From the human T2T-CHM13v2.0 reference genome, Homo sapiens, in NCBI RefSeq assembly GCF_009914755.1, contig NC_060932.1: a DNA stretch of 64,000 nt; one strand, 5' to 3'. The first letter of the stretch is position 1. Every line of letters begins with the position of its first letter. A program made the translations under genes and the position numbers. Of this stretch, positions 1 to 13,904 are shown one piece after another. A model generated the notes under the pieces. That model saw nothing but the letters and a program-made list of their open reading frames with translations. It did not search any database and was not told the origin of the DNA.

Positions 1-945
1 CACTAAGGCTACATAGTTTTGTGAACATGTTAGCCATTATTATTATTGTTGCTGTTAAAATTACAGGTGACATTGCAGAAATAGATATGGTTACTCTCAT
101 AACAGCATTATCATTTATATGCTAAAAAAGCAATAAGGCAATCTCTTTATGGGCAATTTTCTTTTATAAAATAATAGGAATATACATATATACAAATATA
201 CATTAAACTTTTAATGTTACAGTCACTAAATCAAATAATTTTAAAAATAAAGGATTGCATGTGGCATTCTTTCTTCTCTTGAGGCCACAGGGACATTTTC
301 ATTAGTTAATTATTCAGAGACATTTTATCATTTTTAAAAATCTATCGTGAGCTTAGAAATCTAGAGTGAATTCATAAAGCCAATGGCACGTTAGTGAGAA
401 TATTAAATGGGGTTAAATTATGGCTTTGAATTACAGGAATGGATTCCTGTTATTTCTGTCTTTAGGGAGGGAGGTAGGAAGCAGGCCAGTCAGATGATCC
501 TTGAGTTACCTCAGAACTCCACCATTGCATCAAAAAGACTCTTACAGTGTCAGTATTATCTGAAGATGATTAAAGAGATACATTCGGCTCTAGAGACTTT
601 AGGAGAAATTGTAAGCTCATAAAATTATGTTCACAATGATCATCTGGTCGTTCCTATAAGATCCATGGATAGGCTGACCCAGCTGAATGCTGCATGAGAT
701 TCATTACTTAAATTACATGGTTTCTAGCAAGATAGCCAGAGAGCCTTCAGTTACTTTTCATCACATAATTATTGTCCTCCAGCCCACAGGGCAAAGGGAT
801 TAAGTTTCACCAAAGTGAAATCAAAGCAAAGCAGGTGTGCATATCACAATTCACATGATGCTCAAGTTTGCTGCCTCCTTCCTTCCTAGGGCAGAGTGGG
901 CAGAGCAGTATGGCACTAGCGAGCACCTTCATACGAAAGTTTTTA

Positions 946-1265
<320 letters not shown>

Positions 1266-1296
1266 TTAAAATAGCATAACCAACAATGAGTCCTGC

Positions 1297-2303
1297 TGAG
1301 GCAGGAGAATATGGTCTGGAGGCAGAGAACCTAAGGCCAATTCACGCTTATTTCATAAAGCTGGATCAGAAGGCAAACACCAGGGAAGCGGGGGCAGGGA
1401 ACCCAAGGGGAATTCACACTATTTTCATAAACATGACTCAAAAGGAAAACACCTGGTTCTGGTGGCAGGTAACCCAAGGCCAATTCGCGCTGATTTCCTA
1501 GGGCTGGCTCAATAGAAAAACCCCCATTTCCACGGCTGGGTAACAAAGGATCAGAGGCAACTCTCCCTACAACCCTCTCCCGCTTCCACTATATCTCAGA
1601 TGAAGAGGGAAAGTGCCTCGGATTGGCGATGGGCCAAGCGTGGACCATCCCTTCATTTGCATAGGGCACCCATCCACTCAGGCCTCTGATTGGCCAAGGA
1701 CCAATTCACTTGAGCCTCAAGCCACGGGCCAAATCCTTCACACATTTAGGGGGTAGCCAATAGGAATCTCAAAAGGAGTACTTACACCTCAGAAAACTTT
1801 GTAAATGGGAACTTGAGCCACTCACTCAGGGCCGCTCCCACCCTGTGGAATGTCTCCTCACTGAAATAAATCCCTACATTTCGGCCGGGTGTGGTGGTTC
1901 ACGCCTGTAATCGCAGCACTTTGGGAGGCCGAGGTGGGCGGATCACGAGGTCAAGAGATGGAGACCATCCTGGCCAACATGGTGAAACCCTGTCTCCACT
2001 AAAAATACAAAAATTAGCTGGGTGTGGTGGCGCGTGTCTGTAATCCCAGCTACTTGGGAGGCTGAGGCAGAAGAACTGCTTGAACCAGGGAGTCAGAGGT
2101 AGCAGTGAGCCGAGATTACGCCACCGCACTCCAGCCTGGCAACAGAGCGAGACTCCGTCTCCCAAAAAAAAAAAAAAATCCCTCCTTTCAGTGTTTCATT
2201 TCTTTATTTCATTCCTTCGTTACTTGGTGCGTTTTGTTCAATTCTTTGTAAAACACGCCAAGAACCTGGACATACCACACTCAAGGCCTGCCTTCTGGTA
2301 ACA
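1297..2303 (+). mobile_element. MER51-family solo LTR (ERV1), split by an Alu
   Basis: Begins tgaggcaggagaatatggtctggaggcag, ends ggtaaca; three ~70-bp U3 repeats, CCAAT boxes, AATAAA at ~1865. Confidence 0.85.
1883..2178 (+). mobile_element. AluSc inside MER51 LTR
   Basis: gatcacgaggtcaagagat and cctggcaacag diagnostics; TSD aaatccct..tttc. Confidence 0.93.
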
Positions 2304-2727
2304 CTATGAGCACTATCTCACTGTTGCTCTCTTTTTCTCTCTTTTGTGAGATTAGGTTTGAGCATTTCAGCCTCCAACTAAAATGTTCACATCTATTTTG
2401 CAATATTAGTTATATAAGAAGGCCTTGACTCTTTCACCGCGAGAACATAGTTGAAACCTAACATAAATGAGCAAATTCCTAAGAAGAAAATAATATACCA
2501 CCAGCACTACCCTGATATCTTCTCAACTTTAATTTCCCTTCATGATTTGTTGCTATTTAAATTTGTTTTATCTTCAAGTCATTAATGTGCAAACAATAGT
2601 ATTGAGTTTTGGACCTTCTGCTAGTAGCTTGCTTTATTCTTTGAGAGGAGTTATCCATTCTCCTGCTTCAGATATTGCTTCTAGAACAATAACCTCTGAA
2701 GAATAGCTTTGATCTTATGCTTTAGTT

Positions 2728-3195
2728 TGCAGTGGTTTAAAAACATCTCTTCCTATTGAGACATAGAGACAACATCTCCTTATGAATCTGAACTCTAGGA
2801 ATGCTTGACAAAAATAAGTGGAAAAGTAATGTGTCCGTTTCTGGGCCCAGGCCTTAATACATAGGCAGTTTCACTTCTCATCACTTGTGATGCTTGTTAT
2901 TGAAACACAGCCACCATGCCGTGAGGAAGTCCAAGTAGCTCACTGGAGAAGAAATAAGGTTCCCAGCCCACATCCTCAAGTGAGCTCTCAGCTAACCGCT
3001 AGCACCAACTTACCAGCCACTGGAGAGAGTCACCTTGATAGTGAATCCTCCAAGCCAGCTATCCCAGTTGATGCTGTGTGGAGCAGGAATGAGCTGTCTC
3101 TGGCAAGTTCTGTCCTACTTACAGATTCATGATCAAATAAACAATTGTTGCTGTTTCAAGTCATGCGTTGTGTGGGTAGTTTATTAAGTAGTAAA
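2728..3195 (+). mobile_element. MLT1 (F/G-like) MaLR solo LTR
   Basis: ccaccatgccgtgaggaag, agcaccaacttaccagcca, aataaacaattgttgctgtttcaagtca motifs. Confidence 0.75.
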
Positions 3196-3210
3196 GAAAA
3201 ATGAAAAAAA

Positions 3211-3494
3211 GCAGGGCACAGTACACTTTCAGAAGCCAAGGCAGGTGGATCGCTTGGGCCCAGGAGTTTGAGACCAGCCTGGGCAACATGGTGAAAACCT
3301 GTCTCCACAAAAAATACAAAAATTAGCCAGATGTGGTTGTGAGCGCCTGTAGTTCCAACTACTCAGGAGACTGAGGTGGGAGCAGCGCTTGAGTCCAGGA
3401 GGTCGAGGATGCAGTGAGCCATAATCACGCCACTGCACTCTAGCCTGGGCAAGAGAGCGAGACCTGGCTCAAAAAAAAAAAAAACAAAAAGAAA
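3211..3494 (+). mobile_element. AluJ with deletion near 5' end
   Basis: ggatcgcttgggcccaggag, gagccataatc J-type motifs; poly-A tail. Confidence 0.9.
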
Positions 3495-5309
3495 ACCAAG
3501 AATGCTCAAGAGCAATATAGTTCATAATTCTAAAGATAAATTAAATGAGTTCTATGTGAAAGCCCTAATTTTACTTCATCTCAAAATCCTTATTGAAGTT
3601 CTCTATTCATCTATAAATCCCATTGCATCTTCTCTCAGACGAACCAGATTTTCTCTTACAAGTCCTCAATTCAGCTAACAATTGATATCAACTGCTCTGC
3701 CTTCACAATGGGCTCTAAATGTCATTTGTTTTCTCTTTCCCTGCTTCCTCTCAATAACTAACTCATCAGTAACCAAATGCAATACTCTCCTTTTCAAAAC
3801 ATCTGACTTCGGTGCCTGCCTTCCCATTACTCTTAAAATCATCCAGAGCATGTCTCTTCGGCATGAACTACCATCGTGAGGTATAAGGGGGGCCTCCTAT
3901 ATTCCTGCTTTCAGTCCCCCTTCCTCATACAGTCTGCCTAAAAGTCATCTTCCAAAGTCATTGCATGAAATTATGCAAAGGCTCCCACCAGCTCGTTGAT
4001 TCATGTCCAAACTTGACCCTCTACAATCCTCCTACAATCTTTTTGCTGCAGTCTCTCCCAGATTTTCTCAGTAAAAGCAAAGTCTGTAATCACAGATTTG
4101 TGAGCCATTCCTTCTTCCTTATAAGTTCCCCCATAGGCCCCATCTTTTTGTTCCATCATAGAAAGCACACTGCTCCATCTGCCAAATGGGCTTTTTCCCC
4201 ACGCATTTCTCTAGGCTGTGCCTCCTCAGTCATTTTTTGACAGAAAACAAGATGCTCCTCATTTTAAAGGAGGTATCTTGGTATCTTTCCCTCCTTTTGT
4301 CTCCTGCCAGATTACAGAAACAGATCTCATGTTTCCTGATAAATTTGACATTTAATTTGCTTAATTCTATTTAATGTAACCCTCATCTAATCTGTCATTC
4401 TAACTTGCATCCGAATATATTATTTCTCTCTCTAGGTAATCAAGTTTCTGATCAAAATAAATATCCCTGCACTAATCATTTTGTAGGTAAAAGTGGAGAG
4501 AACCCTGTCCTGGATGCCTTGTATATTTGAGTTCCTGTCTTTTTTTCTTACCAGCTGCATAACCTCAAATCATTTTCCTTCCACAATCTCTAGTTTGCTG
4601 TGTTGTAAAGTAAAATTGTTGTATTAGATGGTCTCAGCTTTGTTTTCCCAGCCTGTGATTAGTAATATCAGAATTGAAATTATTACTCAAATTAAAATGT
4701 ATAAGGCATTCTCTCTTTACAAATGTATTTTGATTTATAAAATGGTTCAAAAAGAAAGTATGATAGTAAGCCATCTCAAGCCTTGAATCACTATTTGATT
4801 AACAAAAATTGTTTTGTGATTTTTATTTTTATTTTGCAGAAATCTATCTATAGAGAGCTGTGCTTATTGTTAGAAGTACAAACTAATCGGAACTGGCTCT
4901 TGAAGGCAGAATAGTTACTGAACCCATACAAATATTCAGATCTGAGCTAAAAGTTTATACACAGTGTAGCGCTCCTGACTCTCAATCCTGGAATGGAGAT
5001 ACAAGCGTTTTCTTTTTGTTTTTTTTTTTTTCAGTTTCTCAACTATCTAAATTCTCCTGTATGCAAATACTAAACAGAGTTGCCCAGACAAAAATGTCAG
5101 AGTGAACTCGAACACTTCAGTTCTGATTCTAAATCCAGAGAGTGTCATTCTCAATAAACCTCTGAAAAGAGAAAATTTTTCATTCAAAATCATTGTTAAA
5201 GACAAGCATATGGGCCTAAGTAAGGATGTGCAAGCAAGCTTACAAAATAATAGTACATTAGTTATGATAAAACTGGCCATATTGAAAAACTAATACACTC
5301 TCAAATCTA

Positions 5310-5640
5310 AGAGTGTGGCAAGCTTAGCACCTTGAAACAGAAAAAAATAAAAATATAAGAGTTTATTTCTGGCACACAGAAAGACATGTCAGTAGAGTCT
5401 TGACTCCATGCAGTGATTCAGAGACCCAGGCACCCTTCCTCTATCTTGTGGTGTGCTGCCTTCTTTACACATGCCTTCCGAGCTATCAAAGGCAGGGCAG
5501 TTGGAAACATACAAGAGGCACGTTTGTTTCTAAATGTCTTGGCAGCAAGTGACACATAAATGACTTCTGGTACATGTAATTTGCTAGAAGTAGTAATGAA
5601 ACCCCACCTAACTACAAAGGAAGTGGAATCTTCCTATGAG
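5310..5640 (-). mobile_element. Old MLT1 (J/K-like) LTR fragment
   Basis: gtttatttct ... cagtgattcagagacccaggc ... ccccacctaactacaaagga typical of reversed MLT1J/K. Confidence 0.55.
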
Positions 5641-6192
5641 GACATGACTGTTGGAAAACTGGATGTACATAAGCAATAGTAATCTCTACTGGAAATGGAA
5701 ACACGGTTTGCCTCCTGAGAGTCCAGAAACTCAAGACAAACAAATTGATTTAGGATATCTTTATAAATTGTTAATATGTTACAGATTACATATTAGCTAC
5801 AAATAACTTGAATTGAAAACATATGTAAAGGCTTTCCTCAAGACAAATATGGGCTGTATCATCGGGGTTCTTAGAGAGATACATGCAACGGTTATCACTA
5901 GGTGACAAGGAATATTAGTTTGCAGAGAAAATAATTCTTAATATGTTCTGGATTCAGATGTTCCATTGTGCAAATGTCTCTTTAGGTCATTGCTATTGAA
6001 TACTTTTTTGGAAGAAATGTAAGCTATTTTAAAACACATGTACAATGTGTAAGAAGGTTTATTCAACAATAAACAACTTTTTCTGCTGTAAAGCAGTCAT
6101 ATTCCCAAAGGGGAAAAATATTGAAAATAATAAAGTAATAAAATGAGTGCAGAAAACAGTACCAGTTAAACTACAAGCTGAAGCCTCTATAA

Positions 6193-6406
6193 TAGTTCAG
6201 CAAACTTTAATAGGCCACATAGAAAGTATTTTAGGTTTCACAAGCCATATGGTCTTTATTGCAACTGCTCAAACTTAGCCCTTATAGATTAAAAACAGCC
6301 ATAAACAATATATAAGCAAATGAATAGCTTCATTCCAATCAAAAACTTATTCACAAAAACTGGTGTGGTCAGATTTGGTCTGCAGCCATTAGTTTGCCTA
6401 TCTCTG
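6193..6406 (+). mobile_element. MER58A hAT-Charlie DNA transposon
   Basis: Colinear with MER58A (cagcaaact...tattttagg...ttccaat...agtttgcc.atctctg); degenerate 8-bp TSD ctctataa/ctccacaa. Confidence 0.85.
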
Positions 6407-7351
6407 CTCCACAATCCTGAAATGGTGCTACATCCCATACAACTCTTCATTTTTAAATGTAAGCTCTGTATTTAAAAAAAATAGGAATGTAAAACAATCA
6501 GAACCAGAATATATACATTTTTTGTCTTTTAGCAGTATTTGGCTATATTAACTCTGACAATTAGTTGACATCAAATGGGTTATTATGAACTTTCTGCCTT
6601 AAATCTTACGGTATGAAATAGTCCAATGAAACCTACAGATAAGATAATACTTTACTATTCTAAATTCAAACATAGATGTATTCCATACTCAATATATCCC
6701 AATGAGAAGTGAGTGAAAAGTTTAGCATATGGGATAAAAATGCCTTAGATCAATTTTAAACGATAGATTTTGTCAAAGGTCTTTTAGCTGGGTGACAAGT
6801 CTTACTTTATTAAACCTCATCCAATTATTGCTTCTCAGTGATACTGGCAGGACAGAAGGCTGACAGAAAGGGCAAAGGGTATATCCACAGGAAGTGAAAT
6901 ATGTATAATAAAGCACATAGGAAAAGTGAAAGATAATGGAAAAGTACTAAGCTTTACACCAAAGACAGTGAAAACAACTTGCTTACTATGCCACAAAATG
7001 TTTTTGCCTGGTACTTTATCATTTCTCTCTTTCCTAACATGTCAGCAAGTCATTGTGTGGTAGTTTCAAAACTGCAAGTAACTTGGTAATACACAAGTGC
7101 TGTCATGCAGTAATGTTCCAACTCGGTGTTCTAGAAATGGTTCAACTACAATCACAGATACGTATTTTAGGGATATAAACTGTATAACTTTTATTCAAGA
7201 TTGATAGTTCTAAGATAGACATTTATGAATTTTTATGCCATCAATCTATTCTGAATAATAACAGTTACATCTTTGCTAAAGTGCTGTTTCTTCATATTAT
7301 AACACTGTAACAATTTATTTCAATTATTTCACTTATAAGTATAAATGTACT

Positions 7352-7633
7352 GGCAGGGCGCAGTGGCTCATGCCTGTAATCCCAGCATTTTGGGAGGCCA
7401 AGGCAGGCGGATAACGAGGTCAGGAGATCGAAACCACGGTGAAACCCCGTCTCTACTAAAAATACAAAAAATTAGCTGGGCGCGGTAGCAGGCGCCTGTA
7501 GTCCCAGCTACTCAGGGAGCTGAGGCAGGAGAATGGCGTGAACCTGGGAGGGGGAGCTCGCGGTGAGCCGAGATCACACCACTGCACTCCAGCCTGGGCG
7601 ACAGAGCGAGACTCCATCTCAAAAAAAAAAAAA
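7352..7633 (+). mobile_element. AluY with 12-bp deletion (Yd lineage / AluYc-type)
   Basis: gagatcgaaaccacggtg lacks atcctggctaac; 15-bp TSD aagtataaatgta(c/t)t. Confidence 0.9.
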
Positions 7634-7769
7634 GTATAAATGTATTATTTGCTCTAATGTGCTGGGCATTGATTACTTCTTAAAGCAAATATTATCTCCA
7701 ACAAAATGCTATTAATTTACAAATCCATTGTGGCATGATGGGGAAGTTGAGAATACAGAGGGAGAAGAG

Positions 7770-7960
7770 ATTTCAAGCCTTATGTCTGATCCTTATTAGC
7801 TGTGTGATATTGAGCAGGTCATAACTTCTGAGCTCCTATTTTACCTGTAAAATATAGGAAAGAATTTGCTCTACCTCCTCTCATGGTGGTTGTGAGGATC
7901 TTGGAAGATATTTGTAAGCAACTTATATGCTACCAAATGCTACACAAAATTTAAATTATT
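7770..7960 (+). mobile_element. MIR
   Basis: ttattagctgtgtgatattgagcaggtca...ctgtaaaat...ggttgtgaggat core. Confidence 0.75.
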
Positions 7961-9510
7961 ATTATTTTCCATATTCCCCTATGGATAAATAAAAGCCATT
8001 TACTAAGTTGATAATTTAACCACTCAGAAAATAAATAACTATTTCATCACATTCATAATTGTTAACTTGTAACTGGCAGGCTAAGTAGATCTAGGGCCAA
8101 AAATCTCCACGTATTCAAACAAATGCAAAAACTCAATATACATTTACCCACTTATGCCTTAGGTATTAATTGCTGTCTTAAACATACCAGACATGTACTT
8201 TCTCCTGAGAGAAACATCTGTTTACACCTAGTGTGCATATAGCTAAAACAGAATGAGTAAATCTCTGCTGAATTATCATGAAAGATAAGAATGTCCTTGT
8301 GATTGCAGTTCGTCTTCTTGCTTCAGTAGATTTTCATGTAGCACTTTGATATTTAGTTGCGGTAAAAAAGAAGTCCTCAAATCTTACTACATTGTTAAGT
8401 TTTATAAATCACATATCAGGCTTTATTTACACAATTCAACAACTAAATCAGAAAAGCATTTTAAGATTTAATATTCAATAAAAATCATTATTCTTTCTTG
8501 GAGATTTCCTATATTTCTGAGCAGGGCAAAGATTTGAGGAAATGTCTTTAAGAGAATAATTGTATTTTGAAAAATCCTAAAAAGTCTTGGAACTTCCAGC
8601 TAGTCCTTGGCTAACTGGACGGTCTAAGTTCTCTGGGTGTGACTCCCAGACAGTAAAAGAAGGGGGAGGCTTGAAAATGCAGTGGGGACACTAGGATCCC
8701 CAGAACTGCCTACTAAGCTTCTGGTTGGAAGGTCTAAGGTTGATCACTCCACCTTCCAGTCATTTCTTTTCTCCATCCTTCTAAGGAATGGGTTTATGTA
8801 AACCTGTCTGTGGATGTGTGCGTGGAAGAAAAACGTCAAATATAAGCCATTTGAATGGGTAGTTCAAAGGGTCTGTTTTCAATAATGAAGTTAATAGGTC
8901 AATCAAAAATAAGGTTGAGACCCTCTGATCAGGAGTAGCTTAGACTATAATGAGAATTAAATCTCCATCCTGTCCAGTTTGTGGTATATTAGGAAAAAAA
9001 AATAGAAAAGGCACCCTAGGAACTTAGGCTTTCAAAATTATGACAGGTTATTTTCCCCATTTGATAGCCCTGCAGATCAGCTCCATAGTTATAAATATAT
9101 ACCTTTAAGTAATACGATACCTGCTGCTATGGTATTGGCTTTTTAAAGGAGTATAGACACGTTCCAGATGAAATCATGCACATTATAGAGACAGAATCTC
9201 TCAGATCTTACTCTCGACATAGGTTTTCTAAATTACAAAATAGACATTTTTCTCCCAATTCACTGCTATTTGAGTAGAAGGCACGCTTTTGGGAAATTAC
9301 ACTATGCAATAAATTACAATTTGATACTTTTTTCAGAGGTAGATTTTCTGATTTATGCTTTACTTCTTATCCTTTTAAGGGTGTAATGAGCCATTTGTTA
9401 GACTCTAAAGAAAATATAACACAATTGACAGAAATAGCAATGAACATCAAAAATATTTTTATGATATCAAACAGCTTAAAATACCAAATAAATCCTCTGA
9501 AAATCCTCTT

Positions 9511-9814
9511 AGCGGGGTGCAGTGGCTCACTCCTGTAATCCCAGCACCTTGGGAGGCCGAGGTGGGTGGATCACTTGAGCTCAGCAATTTGAGGCCATCC
9601 TAGACAATATGGTGAAACCTGTCTCTACAGAAAATACAAAAATTAGCTGAGCATGGTGGTCCAGGCCTGTGGTCCCAGCTACTCAGGAAGCTGAAGTGGG
9701 AGGATCACTTGAGACCCGGAGGCACACAAGTTGCAATGAGCCATGGTCATGCCACTGCACTCAGCCTAGGCAACAGAGAAAGACCCTGTCTCAAAAAGAA
9801 AAGAAAAAAAAAAA
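9511..9814 (+). mobile_element. AluJ
   Basis: Full dimer, ggaggatcacttgag, poly-A, TSD aaaa(t/c)cctc.ta. Confidence 0.92.
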
Positions 9815-10077
9815 CCCTCCTAATTTTCTATTATAACATGTCTATGAATCATAAAATCGGGTCAGAGTGTTTTAAAGTTAGAGGACAGCTCAATTCCCAC
9901 CCCAACTAGCTCTGTATTTAGTAATATGATTCCTTTTGTATTTCTGTCAGATAACTTGCTTTCTATCATTATCATTAGCAGAACTTTACTGCTTGTTTTA
10001 ATTCCTTCACTCCCCCATCACTACCACGCTCTTATATTCTCTCCATCTGGCCCTAACACTTCTCAATTCCACTTTTA

Positions 10078-10408
10078 TATTTTTCTTTTTTGAGACAGTC
10101 TCGCTCTGTTGACCAGGCTGGAGTGCAGTAGTGCGATCATAACGCATTGTGGCCTCGAACTCCTGAGCTCAAGCCATCCTCTTGCTTCAGCCTCCTGAGT
10201 AGCTAGAACTATAGGTGCATTCCACCAAGCTCGGTTTTTTGGTGTTGCTTTTGTTTTTTATTGTTTGTAGAGATAGAGTCTTGCTATGTTTTCCAGGAGT
10301 CTTGCTATGTTTTCCAGGCTAGTCTGAAACTCCTGTGCCTCAAGTGACCCTCCCACCTCGGCCTTCCGAAGTGTTGGGTTACAGGCATGAGCCACTGCAT
10401 CCTGACCC
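10078..10408 (-). mobile_element. AluJ with internal 21-bp tandem duplication
   Basis: Reverse Alu; gagtcttgctatgttttccag x2 at 10276-10317. Confidence 0.92.
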
Positions 10409-11719
10409 AATTTTTATATTTTTCTAACAATGTTTCACTGATCCTGCCAATGAACGAATGATAAATAAGATTTTGATTTAAAAACTCCTACAGTTTTGCT
10501 TGGGATTGTTATATTTCAAAAAGCTATGTTTAAGCCTATTTAAAATTGTAAGAAAATTTCATGTAATCATAATTGATCTTTATTTCATAAAACTATTCAG
10601 ACATTTTCTATCAAAATCCTATACAGGTAGTATTTTCCCCCAACACTTAGAAATATAGCTCAGCTTGGGGCTACATTTTCGTCACTATTTCAACTAGATT
10701 TATTGGTTAATTTAAGTAGTTTAATACATACCATTATCAAAGATGTTTCTTTTAAAGTGGCATTAACTTTCAGACTAAAAAAAGAAAAGCTTATCTTTTA
10801 TTTTCAATTTACCAGACGTTACAGTCCCTACAGTGATAATGTTAGCAATCTGGTATTAAGGTGTAGAAATTGTGTTTTGTGATGTAATAGATATGGACTT
10901 TTATAAAGGTTCCATTATGCCCCCTGAGAAAATGAATTGACATGCTCAGCCCATCGCCCCTGCTTTTGGTCTACTTCACAAAGCTATTATCTCTTTTATT
11001 TCTACTAGATAATCACAAAATTTTCAAAGGACCATTTTGTTGATTTTCCCAAATCTCTCAAACTTTTACAACATTAAATCACTGTCCTATTTGCATATGA
11101 ATACCTTGTAACAGTATTTCTTTTTAAAGGTACTGTGGTGGTAGCTATCAGCCCCGGGAATTAATCCAAAAACAGCCTCTGAAGATGGCCTTCTTTGGTA
11201 TCTAATCAAAAGCATCAACGCCATGACAGCAGCCCTGCTGGGAATCCTGTCAGATTTCATTTATCTGAACACATTGGATAAGTGAGCCAACAGATAAATG
11301 CTTTGAAATAACCACTTCTTCATTTTTTCTTTGCGTTGCCACAATGATTTTGTAATGAAAATATAAACCAGTTAATTAGTATTCGCACTCAATGTATGAT
11401 GCAATTCCATCTTACCCTTCTTTGGTTATGGTGAGCCATCTTTTCAAAGGCTAATTTGAAGTTATATTTTGTAGTTTTAAAAAACCAGCATTGTCCAGAA
11501 AAATTCACCCTCATCACAATTACCAATACTATCTGCTATTCCTCCAAGCTCTTTCCAATTTCTTCTAATAAGCTACAACAAATGACATTTCTTTTAGGCC
11601 CAGCTAGTATATTGGTTCTAGGTACACGATTCTTAAAATATTCTGGAAAGCTTCTCAATGGAACATCAAAGGCTACAAAATGTGTCATATAGCAGATGAC
11701 CTTCCAAGTACCAAGAAGA

Positions 11720-12070
11720 CTCATTGAGCATCCACTGAACACACATGAGGCAACAGTGCTAGGCAAAAAACCCACCCATAAGATGCTTACAGTAGTCTAG
11801 TTGTTGAAGTAAGACATAAGTGCATGAAAGAGCTAATGAATGATTCTATGCATATATAACAATATGGGAATTTAAGAAACAGAAAAGAAATGCATAAAGA
11901 GTTAGAGAAGATCTCATGCTGGAGTAATCAAGAAATACTTCACTACAGACACTCTCAAGTGAGGCTTTGGGTCCTGAACCACAGGAGGCTGGCAGGACAA
12001 ATGAGTGGAAATTGTATCAACCAAGAAGACATCATAAAGTTCAAAAAGCATGGTTTTGAAAACAGTGCCA
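11720..12070 (-). mobile_element. L2 3' fragment
   Basis: tcattgagcatccact...cagtgctaggc...cttacagt..tctag reversed L2 end. Confidence 0.55.
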
Positions 12071-13719
12071 ATATGAAGGCAGAAGACAGCAGTATGTTCT
12101 GGAAAAATATAAACAAAAACAAAACTCATGACCAAACATGGGCTTTCTTTTCGGCAGTTACCAAAAAAAAAAAAAAAAATAGATATGCAGACATTTTGGA
12201 GAGCCTTTCAAACCAGATAGTATGGAAGCGAAAGATATATTGATGTGTAGGGATACAACATAAATGTAATACAAAAATTTCAGAAATTCTATATAAAAAT
12301 AGACAATGACTAAATTACTAATTTATTTGGCACCGTATTCTCATCTTTTAAATTTGGAGGTTTGATAAAATAATTCCAGACACCCCCCCACCCCTCCAAC
12401 TCTATCATATCATGGACATACTCAACCCCAAACCCTGCAATATTCAAAGATAATCTGCAATGGGTATGAAGAAAAAAATCTATTTTTTTCCAAGTAGTGA
12501 AGTCAAGAAAGGCTTAATGGGAATTGTGGTATGTTGAACAGGATCATAAAGCATGACAGGAATTTAGACAAGCAAAATGGGAAACAAGGGTATTCAAGAC
12601 TTAGAAACAGTGCAATTTTGATAAGATTGCTTTTCATTTTCCCTTTATTCTAGAAAATTATCTTCTATCATACATAGTAGAAGGTGAATTCAAATATCTT
12701 ATTTCCTGTGAGCTGAAATGTTTTGCTTTTTGTAGGTCATCTTTCCAGGTACAAAAATTTTTACATGGGAAAGGATAAGCACAAATGATTGACGGTTGAA
12801 GATTTATATATTTTAATAGCCCAATGTCTAGACCAAGAAGACAGCGAATAAAAAGAATGGGAAATCACGTTAACTGAATGCCCAGCATGAGCCCCTCTCC
12901 ATGTTAGATGCCTTATTGATGTTATCTAATTTAACAATGAAGGCCAACTGTAAATGCTTTCCAAATTTTCCTGTTGACTTTTTATACTACTAAAAAAATC
13001 AAACTCTCATAAATAAACTTAGTTATGAATATCAGTAACAGTTCCTGTTGGTTCAATTTCACCTTTTGACATATCATGAGATTCAGGAGGTCTGGAAAAA
13101 CTAAGCTTTCAGTCCACTGAAAACCAAAATGCACAAATGTGACATACTGCTCTTAATGTTACACCATAGAAAAGATTCTTCTTATTATTATTTGGAAACA
13201 CTGAGCTTTCAATGTGAGTCATATTAAGTCAAGGTCTATAGGTATAGTGTAAGTAAACTGACCTAAAAATGTTACCAACAAAACTTACTTGCAGATATTT
13301 GTCACCCAATGGCACTCTGGTACTGCTCTGTAACTAGAAAATCCCATTTTGTGAAGCTTTAATGCTCTTCTGCTGTTATAAAGGGCTCACCGTCATGACA
13401 CTGATATCATTTTTCACACTACCTTCTCATTTTAAGATATTTTCTAGCTTTATGTAGCATCCTAAGTTTTTTCCAGGAGCATGCTTCAAAATAAAACAAC
13501 CAGTGCTACCATTCTTCAGTTCTTTTTCCTTGATAAATAGAAAGGCTGATGTATTTTATAAAGATTTATGCCTTTTATTTTCGCTTTTCATATTCAGGCC
13601 TTCTTTCCCCAACTATATTATCAATTTCTTTCTTTCATATCTCTTGCATTGTATCTTATATGCAACACTTTGTTGGAAAACACAGTGCTCAGTAATTTTT
13701 TGGTTTAATCATAGACTAG

Positions 13720-13870
13720 AATCCTAGACTATTAGACCAGAGGAGATATAGAATTTACATAGTTCAGACACATTCATTTTACAGTTGAGGAAATGGAGAT
13801 AGGTTCAGGGAAGTTATTACGATTTGATCAAGCCTTTTCAGTTAGTTGATAGCAAGAACCTGGGTGTCTT
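13720..13870 (-). mobile_element. MIR
   Basis: cattttacagttgaggaaatggag...gttag reversed MIR core. Confidence 0.65.
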
Positions 13871-13904
13871 AATAATCTCATGCTTTTCACATTTTTTATC
13901 CCAT

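Noticed and set aside
11890-12243. 117-aa ATG ORF
   Set aside because: Overlaps a decayed L2 and a poly-A run; no splice or domain support
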